IMG/VR virus record: IMGVR_UViG_3300037312_001617
Coordinates: 62,001-116,043 of that record
Length of the DNA stretch: 54,043 nt
DNA from: an uncultured virus (IMG/VR IMGVR_UViG_3300037312_001617)
Taxonomy: Duplodnaviria; Heunggongvirae; Uroviricota; Caudoviricetes
Strand: one strand, 5' to 3'
Position numbers and translations under genes: made by a program. The notes below the pieces were generated by a model that worked only from the letters and a program-made list of their open reading frames with translations, had not been told where the DNA came from and searched no databases. Positions within the stretch are counted from its first letter, which is position 1; every line of letters begins with the position of its first letter. This document shows positions 17,825 through 28,400 of the stretch, one piece after another.

Positions 17825-19297
17825 ATGGCAAACAGTTATCGTGCACCGGGTGTGGACGTATTAATCGAGCGTCAACAACTGGAGCAAAAGAGTACGGAAA
17901 CAGCCTTTTTGCCTGTATATATTGGAACGGGTATTACTTCACGCGTTCGTAATATCAAAAAAACAGATGTTGAAGCTGATGTATCAGCTTTTCCAGTCGT
18001 CACGCTTACTTTTGAATTAACAGGTGATATAAACACTGATTTGTTCGAGGACACGAAATTTACTTTAGGCCAAGTCGTGGTATCTAGAGCGAGTGGCGGC
18101 GGTTCCGCTGTGGCATTAGAACCTTCGTCAGGGTATTCCGTTGAAAAGGATATTTCTTTTTCTGAAAGCGAAGGCGCTGCGACCTATGTGTTAAAAATCC
18201 TCGATGGTTCATTGTCAGCCGCTGATACGGCTTACGAACTAAATATTACAGCTGAAAATTCAGATGATGATTTCCAATTAAGATTAGTGGGTTCTGAAGA
18301 TCGTTTCTTCTCGCAAGATCTATTTGGTCCAGTCATCCTTGAGGAGAATGGCAAGCAATTCTTTAATGATATTGCTATTGCTGTCGAGATTGCTTTCCGC
18401 ATGAATGTTCCGAGCTTCTTCTACTTAGAAGTTCCTCGAAACTATGGGGAATTGCCAACAAAGGATGATTACTCTACCGCCATTGAACAGGCTTATTACT
18501 ACAACGATGCTTATCGGTTGGTCCCTTTAACCTTTGACCCAGAGGTGGCTAGTGCGTTAAACGGCTTTGTATCTGGTGTAAGTAACCCACTCGATAGGCG
18601 CGAAACGGTAGGATTCATTTCCTATGATCCAACCAACATCACTAAAATGAGTGATATTAATGAATTGGTTCAAAAAGTTGGCGGACTATCTACCTCTATT
18701 GACAACAAACGTATTTGTAATGTGTTTGGCGGAAGTTCTGTGGAGCTAACGATTAGTGGTGTTAGATACGAATTGCCACAATATTTCTTAGCGGCAGCGG
18801 TAGCTTCATTGGATGCAGTCGTAGGGCAGGTTGACCCTCTTTCATTAAGAGAAATTACCGTTTTCGATAAAATCAATGGACCTCGATTCCGCCCGCGTGA
18901 CTGGGATAAGTTGGCTCAAAAAGGGGTCTTCATCATCAAGAAAGACAATGATGGATCACCTGCGCAAATTCGCCACCAACTTACTACTGCTATATCCAAT
19001 GATGCAGCAGATCAAGAATATAGCGTAGTTAAAAATTTCGATGTGGTAACGAAGAAAATCCGAGACCGTTTTAAACCATATGCCGGACAATACAATATCG
19101 AAGTTGGATATATTGAGAGATTGGAAGGTACGATGGCAACCGTCCGTCAGGAAATTATTGAAAACAAATTGGCTCGCAGTCTAACGGTTTTAACACCTTG
19201 GACAGTCAGTAATTCAGATGGACGAAATCTAGTCACTCGTTTGCAAATGGAACCGGTGTTCCCGGCCAATCATTTGGATGTTTACCTAGTAATTTAA
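17825..19297 (+). CDS. Contractile tail sheath protein
   Basis: N-terminal YRAPGVDV; C-terminal LAAAVA, IRHQLTT, EYSVVKNFD, PVFPANHLDVYLVI. Confidence 0.85.
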   Translation: MANSYRAPGVDVLIERQQLEQKSTETAFLPVYIGTGITSRVRNIKKTDVEADVSAFPVVTLTFELTGDINTDLFEDTKFTLGQVVVSRASGGGSAVALEPSSGYSVEKDISFSESEGAATYVLKILDGSLSAADTAYELNITAENSDDDFQLRLVGSEDRFFSQDLFGPVILEENGKQFFNDIAIAVEIAFRMNVPSFFYLEVPRNYGELPTKDDYSTAIEQAYYYNDAYRLVPLTFDPEVASALNGFVSGVSNPLDRRETVGFISYDPTNITKMSDINELVQKVGGLSTSIDNKRICNVFGGSSVELTISGVRYELPQYFLAAAVASLDAVVGQVDPLSLREITVFDKINGPRFRPRDWDKLAQKGVFIIKKDNDGSPAQIRHQLTTAISNDAADQEYSVVKNFDVVTKKIRDRFKPYAGQYNIEVGYIERLEGTMATVRQEIIENKLARSLTVLTPWTVSNSDGRNLVTRLQMEPVFPANHLDVYLVI

Positions 19298-19313
19298 AAG
19301 GGGGGGAGTATAA

Positions 19314-19889
19314 ATGGCTGAAACTATCACTGTCCCAAAATGGGACTATCATGACAAGAATATTCAGGGATCTATCGCACAGAAGGATTTTACTCGTGCA
19401 GACAGGGTAATCATCTTCACTGCCCCTACGCCAATCCCGGGAGCTGCCAATGAAACGATGAAACCAATTGGTTTAATTCAGGGCATGACTCACCAAGAAC
19501 AAAAGCAATTGCAAATGTTCTTTGAGCTAGGTTCAGACAACGCTATGATTATTCCTGGATTAACGCAAGGTCAAATCAGTTTGCAACGGATACTTTTGAA
19601 CGGTGTGAACTTTATCAACGCCATCTATCACGGAGTGAATCTAAAGGAATTACGAGATGACCAGATTCTTAGATCCATTCGGGATATCAACGTGCCTTTT
19701 GACTTATTAATCGCTAAGTACGCCGTTAACGATAAGAACGCCTCTTCAACCGCAGTGGAAAGTACGCTGTTCCGCGGTTGTCAGTTAAGCTCCAGAAGTG
19801 AGTCCATCACGGCTGGAGGTGTGGTTGTAATGGAAAACGTGTCGTTACAATACGCATCGATTCCAAAAGTGACATATAAATTAAGCTAA
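19314..19889 (+). CDS. Tail tube protein
   Basis: Follows sheath; PIGLIQ...FELGS...ISLQR...FRGCQLSSRSESITAGGVVVMENVSLQY. Confidence 0.8.
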   Translation: MAETITVPKWDYHDKNIQGSIAQKDFTRADRVIIFTAPTPIPGAANETMKPIGLIQGMTHQEQKQLQMFFELGSDNAMIIPGLTQGQISLQRILLNGVNFINAIYHGVNLKELRDDQILRSIRDINVPFDLLIAKYAVNDKNASSTAVESTLFRGCQLSSRSESITAGGVVVMENVSLQYASIPKVTYKLS

Positions 19890-19891
19890 GA

Positions 19892-19926
19892 AAAAAGGGA
19901 GAGCAATCTCTCTTTTTTTATTTTTT
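19892..19926 (+). terminator. Terminator after the tube gene
   Basis: AAAAAAGGGAGA-gcaa-TCTCTCTTTTTT. Confidence 0.8.
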
Positions 19927-19941
19927 GTTTTATAATGATAC

Positions 19942-19957
19942 TAGGACTATTTTACTA
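19942..19957. promoter_or_regulatory. Operator-like site just downstream of a TATAAT box
   Basis: TAGGACTATTTTACTA, 15/16 identical to the 1024-1039 site; TATAAT at 19931-19936. Confidence 0.6.
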
Positions 19958-19976
19958 GATTAGATTAGATAAGGGG

Positions 19977-20414
19977 TTGGGGTTTGTGAGTTTAGTACGA
20001 GACGCGATTCTTTCAGTGGCAAGAGAAGGGGAAATCACCCACAAGTTTACAATTAGAGATTTAAACTTTGTTTTGAAAGGGTTAAATACGGAAGAAGCCT
20101 TCCTAGCGGACTCAATGGTGGATACCGCCTTATTGAAAGAGAAATACGGAGCAACTAATTTAATTACGCTTAACGATACGATTCAAAAGTACAGAACAAT
20201 TGCAATGGTAGTGTTAGCAACCAAGACCATTAACGGGCAGTCGCCAATTGATTACAGCTTACCATTGGAACAACAGTTCAAACAGCGTATGGAATTAAGA
20301 GATGAACTAATGGCATTGGATTCTGCGATGATTGACCAAATCATCCGCGAATATAACCAACTTAATTTAAAGCAAGTAAAGTTTTATGAAAAAATAGACG
20401 AAAACTTGGACTAG
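19977..20414 (+). CDS. Tail assembly chaperone (G-like)
   Basis: Position between tube and tape measure genes; helical, 145 aa. Confidence 0.65.
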   Translation: MGFVSLVRDAILSVAREGEITHKFTIRDLNFVLKGLNTEEAFLADSMVDTALLKEKYGATNLITLNDTIQKYRTIAMVVLATKTINGQSPIDYSLPLEQQFKQRMELRDELMALDSAMIDQIIREYNQLNLKQVKFYEKIDENLD

Positions 20415-20437
20415 TACTGGACGACCCAATATTCCGA

Positions 20438-20872
20438 ATGAGGGCGAAGGTGGCCAGCCGAGCAGGAGGTCACGTCTTCGAAGAAAAGTTCCTTCGTTTG
20501 GAAGGATTACAGTTAAACATTGCTTACCGACAGGCGTTAAAGGAAGAAAAGGAACAAGCGGATTTAATTGGTGCCATCCACAAAAATTGGGCTGATCGAA
20601 TTGATGATTCTGTGAGGGTTTTAATGATGTTCAGCAACCCTACTCTCTACAAAGCGTGGGAAGATATGAAGGAGCTGGATAAACATGAAGCGGAGTTGAA
20701 GCCGGAGGAGTTCCCAGAAGTGTGGGAAGAACTAATGCAATTCATACCGCAGGAAGTAGTCATAGAAGATATCAAGGAAGACCCGCTTGCCCATTTACCA
20801 GTAAATGCCGCATTAGAAGACTTTCTTACAGGGTTCGTGCCATACAAGAAACAAGTGAAAGAGGGTGACTGA
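20438..20872 (+). CDS. Tail assembly chaperone extension (T-like), possibly reached by -1 frameshift
   Basis: In the -1 frame relative to the upstream ORF, open from 20390, no clear RBS. Confidence 0.55.
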   Translation: MRAKVASRAGGHVFEEKFLRLEGLQLNIAYRQALKEEKEQADLIGAIHKNWADRIDDSVRVLMMFSNPTLYKAWEDMKELDKHEAELKPEEFPEVWEELMQFIPQEVVIEDIKEDPLAHLPVNAALEDFLTGFVPYKKQVKEGD

Positions 20873-23864
20873 GATGGAAATGAATGACCAAATATTGAAC
20901 CATATAATGAATGTTCAAACTCAATTGTTACAACAGATGATTAAAATGGAACAGGATCGGAATAGTACAATCTCCCAACCTGCCACCACAATCTCGCCAG
21001 ATACGGGTTCTTTCGGTACTCCATTGCCTAGTTCGATTGCCAGCCCAGTCACACCACCGCCTGTACAACATATGTCACAGCCCGGAACGCCTTTTATGTC
21101 AGTCAATGATCCAACTCGATATGGGACATACGCTGCGCCCAATCAGGGTTACTGGAGTCGTCAGAATCAAGCGGCACAATCAGGGTTTAGGAATTTTATC
21201 GGTGGAACGATTGATGAAATGAAAAATTTTGATCCCATGGGCCAATCCAGAGAAGCGACAGAACAATATTTTGCTCGACAATCAAGAGGGATGCAGGAAC
21301 AAACCGTCAATATACTCGGAGGAGCCATCCACGGAGCTGCCTCCGTAGGAAGTTTTTTCGTTCCAGGAGGATTGGCCGCTTCACTAGCTGTTGGTGGGGC
21401 TGTTGCTGGGGGAGTCGGTTTAGCGACGAATGCCATGGTGAACGGGGCAAAAACGTCACTTGATTATCAAGAACTCTTGCAGAACAACAGTTATAAATTT
21501 ATCAATGCGTTTGAGTCTACCTCCGATTTGGGCGGCACTGGGTTCGGCTTAAACGATAGACAAGAAATATCAGGGTTTTTGAGAGATTTATCAACGGATA
21601 AGTATCTTGATGACAATGAGATGATGAAAATCTTGGATGGGGCCGCAAGTAATAATTTGCTAAAGTCTGTCTCTGATGTAAAGAGTTTTAAAAAGAAGTT
21701 TACGGAAATCGTAGATACGGTCAAAGCGATTGCAGTTACCATGAACGAGAGCGTGGAGGAAGCCACGAAGTTTATGGGTGAGATGGAAAGGATGGGCATT
21801 TCCAACAAGGATATGAGTTATCTTGCCTCTCAATCCAAGGTTACAAGTTCCTTTATGGGAATCAGTTCTAATGAAGGGGCACAAATGATGCTTAATACCA
21901 CGAACCAAGTGGTACAGGGAACAGCGTTAAATTCAAAAAATATTGCAGAAAGTACAAATGAAACTGGTTTTATTATCAGCCGAATAGCGGAAGGTCCTTT
22001 ACGGCAATACATCAAAAATAATGGCGGGGAAGGCAATGTGACTTCTCAAGTCGAACAGCTCACGAGAAATTACGTGACACAGGGGGCAGGGCTAACATCT
22101 TTACTCGGATACTTCGGTTCTGGTTTTCAATACAACGAGAAAACCAGAGAATTCGAAGTCAATGAAAAAGAAATGAATCGTCTGTTGAACGGTAACATGT
22201 CAAGATCACAAATGCAACAAGCAAGCGATTCATATATGAATTCGTTATCGGATGACGAAAGGTACCGATTGCTCCAATCAGCTTCAACTGTGTTCAATAA
22301 TTATGCGGACACTGAAACGATGGCACGGTTTATGCAACGAAATGTACAGATGCTGCAACAAGAGACGCCGATGGATGAACAAACTGCTTTAACGAATCTA
22401 GGTATGGCACAAGATTTGGAACAAGCTAAATTGTTGGAAGAATATATCAACAATGCCACTGATCCAAACATATTGAAAGCCTATAAATCACAAGCATTGA
22501 AGAATGAGCAGGATTCCAAAGTGATTAGCGAAAGCCCGGGGTTCTCGAAGAGACTGAAATTTTGGTGGCAAAGGGTTTTTGAGAATCCATTAGGGGATAA
22601 AGGGCAGGCAGTTTCGGACTTCACTGGAGACTTGATGCAAGATTACCAAAAAATCCTGACAGGCATTGACGATACAAGTACGCTTGGCGGTGACGCTTCG
22701 CTAGAAAAGTTTGACCAAAAAGGATTAGAGAAAGTCCTTAAAAATAGCAAAGATTTAATGGATTACGGTATTACAAAACCGGGAGAGGCAGACTTGATTA
22801 ATCAGGATTTGGATGAATCTACATTTAGTTCTTTGATGAGCCAAGTTCAGAAAGGAAAGATAAGTGCCTCTGATTTAGACAAGGCTCTGAAGAACAATAA
22901 AGGCTGGATGTCTAAGTGGAGAGCAAGCATGCTGAAATCGGAAGCGAAGGGTACCTACGATGACATGGGGTTACTCGGGGATATCAGTTATGGCATACAA
23001 AGAGGTATTTTATGGGCGTCAGATAAAATAGTAGGCAATCAAGATGATTTTATGGAAGGTGTGGAGGATACAGCCAAAAGCACTTTCGACGATTTTAAAG
23101 ATCAGGAAAAAGGTTTGAATCAGCAGCTCAATAGGTTAGTCCTAGATGGAGGTTTGGACCCGGATAAAGTAGACCAAATCGAGAAAGCCATCAAAAAAGG
23201 GGACATGGATAAGGTTCGCTCCTATACGAATAATCGGGAAGCCATTAATTTGGCGGACAAGTTTAACTCGTTAGGAGAGAAAGAAAATCAATTCGAAAGA
23301 TTGACACGCTATACCACATCGATGACGCAAGCAGGGAGCCAGTTAGCCGGAGTCTTTCAGGCGAGTGGGGCGTTTGATGAAGAGGAAATCGATAGCATGT
23401 TTGGAAGTCTAAGGAGACGTTCCAAAAAAATAAGAGATAAAATCAAAGAAGGCGATATGTCTGCATCAGGCATGGCTCAATTTGACTCCGATACGATGGC
23501 TAAGTTTGACAAGATGTTTGATAACTTGCCTGATTCGGATTTAAGGAAATTAGCCCATTACCTGAATGAAAAATACGACGCTGGTTTAAATGAGAAAAAT
23601 GTAAATGCAGATAAACTGCAAGAATTCCTCTTAAATACCGTTGTCCGAGACCAACACATCACAGAACCTAACAAGGGTTCCGGTAAAGCGGAAAGTAAAA
23701 CAGATGAGGTCGCAAGCGCCGCCACCAAAGCGGCTGAAGAACATCAACAGGCGTTTTATTCGTTCTTAAATACTTATAAACAAGAAACTCAAATGATGAA
23801 GGATGCTGTTGAGGGAAGGCCAATTAGAAATACAAAAAGCTCAAGTCTAAGCTATACCGGTTAA
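20865..23864 (+). CDS. Tape measure protein
   Basis: 999 aa, mostly helical, Gly/Ala-rich hydrophobic stretch (GGLAASLAVGGAVAGGVGLA), canonical position. Confidence 0.75.
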   Translation: MTEMEMNDQILNHIMNVQTQLLQQMIKMEQDRNSTISQPATTISPDTGSFGTPLPSSIASPVTPPPVQHMSQPGTPFMSVNDPTRYGTYAAPNQGYWSRQNQAAQSGFRNFIGGTIDEMKNFDPMGQSREATEQYFARQSRGMQEQTVNILGGAIHGAASVGSFFVPGGLAASLAVGGAVAGGVGLATNAMVNGAKTSLDYQELLQNNSYKFINAFESTSDLGGTGFGLNDRQEISGFLRDLSTDKYLDDNEMMKILDGAASNNLLKSVSDVKSFKKKFTEIVDTVKAIAVTMNESVEEATKFMGEMERMGISNKDMSYLASQSKVTSSFMGISSNEGAQMMLNTTNQVVQGTALNSKNIAESTNETGFIISRIAEGPLRQYIKNNGGEGNVTSQVEQLTRNYVTQGAGLTSLLGYFGSGFQYNEKTREFEVNEKEMNRLLNGNMSRSQMQQASDSYMNSLSDDERYRLLQSASTVFNNYADTETMARFMQRNVQMLQQETPMDEQTALTNLGMAQDLEQAKLLEEYINNATDPNILKAYKSQALKNEQDSKVISESPGFSKRLKFWWQRVFENPLGDKGQAVSDFTGDLMQDYQKILTGIDDTSTLGGDASLEKFDQKGLEKVLKNSKDLMDYGITKPGEADLINQDLDESTFSSLMSQVQKGKISASDLDKALKNNKGWMSKWRASMLKSEAKGTYDDMGLLGDISYGIQRGILWASDKIVGNQDDFMEGVEDTAKSTFDDFKDQEKGLNQQLNRLVLDGGLDPDKVDQIEKAIKKGDMDKVRSYTNNREAINLADKFNSLGEKENQFERLTRYTTSMTQAGSQLAGVFQASGAFDEEEIDSMFGSLRRRSKKIRDKIKEGDMSASGMAQFDSDTMAKFDKMFDNLPDSDLRKLAHYLNEKYDAGLNEKNVNADKLQEFLLNTVVRDQHITEPNKGSGKAESKTDEVASAATKAAEEHQQAFYSFLNTYKQETQMMKDAVEGRPIRNTKSSSLSYTG

Positions 23865-23875
23865 CCGGTTCGAGT

Positions 23876-23907
23876 ATAGGAACGAGATCATACTCGTTCC
23901 TATTTTT
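23876..23907 (+). terminator. Terminator after the tape measure gene
   Basis: ATAGGAACGAG-atcata-CTCGTTCCTAT then T-run. Confidence 0.85.
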
Positions 23908-23923
23908 CTAGAGAAAACAGGGG

Positions 23924-24229
23924 GTGACACAGATGGCATTAGCGGATCGCAAGTCTTATCAGAAAATGAAACTTAACGAATTAAATACTTATGATGTCGA
24001 AAGGACATTACGGGAGAATATTTATCAGCTGGAACAAGAAGATATTCGAATTCAAAAGTTGGTGGAATCGATGGTAGAAGAAGACATACCGATATCCATT
24101 ATCTTGGATTGGATTCGGCAAATCGAAGATAACGCCGGAGAAATTGCCTATCTCAACTCCGTCCTGCAATTGAATGTGGGGAGCTATGACTTTACCAGCA
24201 ACCCAATTTTTAAGAGAGGAGCGAAATAA
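23924..24229 (+). CDS. Hypothetical protein
   Basis: 101-aa ORF within the baseplate operon. Confidence 0.6.
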   Translation: MTQMALADRKSYQKMKLNELNTYDVERTLRENIYQLEQEDIRIQKLVESMVEEDIPISIILDWIRQIEDNAGEIAYLNSVLQLNVGSYDFTSNPIFKRGAK

Positions 24230-24231
24230 TC

Positions 24232-25485
24232 ATGATTATATATGAAGTGAATCCGGGCGACTTGCTCGGGGTATTGGCGGTGAAATTCAAAACCACGATT
24301 CAAATCCTAATGAATGATAATCCGATTATACCTCCTGACCAATCTCTAAAAACAGGATGGAAGTTGACCATTTATGAGCCTTTAGAGAATGCGCAGCGGT
24401 TTGCTGATGCCGCGTATAAACAAGTAGAGGATGCTCATGCATTAAGAACATCCATCGAAACCAACGAATACTTGCTTGGCACGGATTACACTCCGGTCAC
24501 TTATAAAAACAGAACGGTAAGTCAAGGGCAAATCGGATATTTAAAAACGCTTAAAGAAACCCCGCTTTTAGAATTGCAAGCCAATGGATATGTCAAAACA
24601 ATTCGACAGGTTGGGGAAGGTGAATTGTTAAAAGTGTATGGTGTAGCCATACAAAATGAGGATTCCATGTTTGTTGTAGATGCCTATCGATGGGTAACTA
24701 GTGACCCGGAAGTGGTTATATACGAAGAAATCCCCAAAGCGATATTGGAAGGAAAATATCGTTTAGCGAACTATACAACTGCTTATTCTGCAGACAATGG
24801 GAAAATGTCTGCTTTGAATAGTAGCGATAAATTAACCGCTGCCCAAAGCAATCTATTAACACCTCAAACTTGGATTGGTTCAGGAACACCGGTACCGCAA
24901 GAGGCACGAAAAACAGCGGTTAGCTCTTTTCCAACTTTTAAACATCCGGGATACAAACGTCCTGTCATGCAATTGAAGAATGCAAAGGGAGAAACAACAA
25001 ACATCGAATTACGGGTATTAGGGTTCAATGCCAGCTATCAAAATAACGTACAGGCGAATATGACAAACGCAGGATGGATGATTAATGTTCGTGCCTCCAA
25101 TTTATCCACTTTAACCATAAGTGGAATCTTATTGGAGACGAAGGGTACCAACGAATTCGATAGTTTCATGGATAGGTATTACAAATATCTGACTGCCACG
25201 AAAACAGATGATTATTATTCAATGGGAATCTCTACTTTATTTTATAAACAAACGCAATACCAAGGAGTCGTGGTTGGGTTTTCCTATTCTGACCAAGAGG
25301 TGGATACCTTTCATCGAAAATATACGATGCAGATGCTCGTATTGAAGGAAAAACGATTAAGTAGTTCGGAAATAAGCGCCATTAAAACCGTTGTTTCCAG
25401 AAGAAACTTATCAGAAGCTGAATTTAGAAGCGACTTAGGGGCTATGCTGGCGAACAGCATCACAGGAACCTACTATGATATTTAA
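24232..25485 (+). CDS. LysM-domain baseplate / tube-initiator protein
   Basis: N-terminal YEVNPGDLLGVLAVKFKTTIQILMNDNP LysM; C-terminal tube-like beta domain. Confidence 0.7.
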   Translation: MIIYEVNPGDLLGVLAVKFKTTIQILMNDNPIIPPDQSLKTGWKLTIYEPLENAQRFADAAYKQVEDAHALRTSIETNEYLLGTDYTPVTYKNRTVSQGQIGYLKTLKETPLLELQANGYVKTIRQVGEGELLKVYGVAIQNEDSMFVVDAYRWVTSDPEVVIYEEIPKAILEGKYRLANYTTAYSADNGKMSALNSSDKLTAAQSNLLTPQTWIGSGTPVPQEARKTAVSSFPTFKHPGYKRPVMQLKNAKGETTNIELRVLGFNASYQNNVQANMTNAGWMINVRASNLSTLTISGILLETKGTNEFDSFMDRYYKYLTATKTDDYYSMGISTLFYKQTQYQGVVVGFSYSDQEVDTFHRKYTMQMLVLKEKRLSSSEISAIKTVVSRRNLSEAEFRSDLGAMLANSITGTYYDI

Positions 25486-25499
25486 TGAGGTGCACGTTT

Positions 25500-28400
25500 A
25501 TGAAGATATTACAATCGAGCGATTATCGTATTTATATAGATGATGTAAGAGTAGATCCCTATGTTAAGACTTGGACGGCAGCCTGTGGGTTGCGGGCAAG
25601 TGATGCTTCAGCGACGATTACCCTATACCGGACGAAAAAACTGGAGCAATGGAAAGGGTATCTAGCCCAAGTTCGTATTTTTACGAGAAATGTATTCTCA
25701 GGTAAATTCGGTATTGTTTTTGAAGGGGAAATCGTAAATCGAAATTGGGGAGACCAACGTTATGACGTGGGAGAAATTGTCTTCACATGCAAAGGGTTTT
25801 ACCACTGGCTAGACATTCCCATCCCCCTACTAATTGGGGAAGATGATACTTATAGCTTTGTTAAGAGGTTCCAGTTTGAAGCCCAAAACATGGATGTTGA
25901 AGGGATAAGAAAATTTTGGTTAAGCCGCGAAGATCAGTTGATGAAGGATTTAACGTTGGAACAAATCATCTCACAACTATTTGAATTGATTAATTCAGGT
26001 TATTACAACTACGATGATTCCACTTTTTCTTGGACGAAGCTTGGAGACCGATTCAAGGTAATGGGGGATATCATTACGGAGTTCCGATCAGCCGGATATT
26101 TAGATGCATTTACATGGACACGTTCCACTCAAATTGATTCATTTTATGTGTATCTGAATGAGATTTTGACACAAATGATGTTTGAGTTTTATCAAGATAG
26201 AGATGGAGCCATTCGTATCAAGAACCCTTCGTGGAAGGACAACATCTTGAAAGCGCATATTATCGATGAATCGGTGATTCAAAATGTTTCTGGATTTAAC
26301 GACTGGTCAAACGAACCGACACGGGTACTTGTAATCGGCGGTGAGTCAGATGTTACAAAATACTCATCTAAGCAGGTAGGGTCAGATGGGATTCTAACGA
26401 TACCAATGGGCTTATATATTGGTAAGCCAGGCGAGGGAGAGTATTTTTCTCAAAACGTTGAATTGCTGCTAAAAGCAACGGGTGACGACACGGATTATTC
26501 TGATCCTGCTCCAAGTTCTGACGGTACGGTTCAGCTTTCATGGAAAGCAGATCCAAAAAAAGCGAGTGCAGTAGGCAGAGGAGCTGGTTATGGTGGAATG
26601 ATGTACTACGTGGAGGCTGCCTACAATGACGTAAAGGATCGTTTTGGGAAAACCAATTTCATGGGTGGTTATGCCAATAGAAACGTAGTAGGTGGGAGTT
26701 CAAAGTCCATGCATGCATTTGGACGAGCCTTTGATATCGGTTCGACATCAGCAATAATGAGTAAAATTGCGGAGTATGCGAAAGGATTCCCTAACGTCCA
26801 ATATGTGATTTACAACAGAAGGATATGCGGTCCAGGTGGTGGGGAATGGAGAACATACAACGGGGCGAATCCTCACACTGATCATGTTCACGTCGATTTC
26901 TTGCCTGTGGATGGACCAAGCAGTAAAACGTCGACTGGTGGCGGCAAGGAAGATTCCGGAACATCTGGTACAGGAAATCTAGCTAACTATATGAACCAAG
27001 ATTTATTGAAACCAGCAAAGATTCCTTCGGCGGAAACGATTAATAAAATTATTAAACATGGTGTAGATTTACGCGGAGGAAAATCCAAGTTACTTAACCA
27101 AGGAGCGGCTTTTGTCCAAGCGGCGAATGAGTCGGGAATGAATCCGTTGTTTATGTTGGCTTTGGCAGGATGGGAATCAGGATGGGGAACAAACACCATT
27201 TCGAAGACTAAAAATAACTTTTTTAGTATTGGAGCTATTGATTCGAACCCGACCGGAGGAGCTTACAGATATGACACACCTGCAAGCGCGATTGTATCGG
27301 CTGCTAAATGGATACGTAAAAACTGGTACGACAGGGGACAAACAACGATTTGGAAGATGAATCACAGCAAAAGCGGAACACACAATTGGGCGAGTGATAA
27401 CAATTGGGTGAATGGAGTAGCTGGGGTATGGAAGGGATTTGGCAATGTTGCAAATGATGGAACGAGTATATCAACGACATCTCCAACGTCAAGTACAACC
27501 TCGACTTCAACGAGCCCAAATGCGGCTGTAGGGGGTGTTAGCATTACCACTCGGTATGCTCCAACTACGCCAACTGCATTGCGGCCATCACAGGTAACCC
27601 CGAAGGCCATTCCAGTTGATTATCATTCATTTAATGTGGATATCGTGAAGTACCCCATTCCAACGGTGGCAAATACGTATAGAACCAGTATTACAGGTCG
27701 AACAAACGGCGTGAATGGAAACTTGATTTGTTTCATTATTGAAACCGCTTCGTCATGGAGGGAAAAGTATAAGTCTAATAAGCATTATGGACTGATGGGA
27801 ATCCCGAAGAACTACATTGATTTAGTATTGGGAGGTAAAACTTCAAAAATGTATGTCCCTGAAGATAATATCTTCCACGGTACGAAACAATTTCAGAATG
27901 GATATGTTCGCTATAGCAACAAGGTAACATTTGGATTAGCTTCTCTTTATTTGGGAGACATATCCTTACTTGAAGGGCCAATAAAGAGTGCGGGAGTAGA
28001 AGACTTTTCAAAGGTACGAAACTATCTGGGCGCAGATGTTGTGAAATTTGTAGATACGGTGATTAATAACTTCTGTAAATTTTTTGGAGGAACTTATATT
28101 AAAGGGGATCCGCATTTTACCATAGCTCCAGACAAACCGGGTGGAAGCAATGCGGATGATCCGGTACCAGGAGAATATGAATCTAGCTATAAACCCATCA
28201 TGAGTGATGAAGAACGGTTATACAAAGTCAATCTAAAGATATCCGAGCAATTGCTCATACGATACGACAGCGCAGCTATGCCAGCCAACGCTATGGGGGC
28301 AGATGAATTAGTCCAACGCTATGCTAAATACATGATGCAATTGTACCGTGCAGAGTCACATGGTGTGGCTGTTTCTTTGTCCACTTGTATGCCGTTCATC

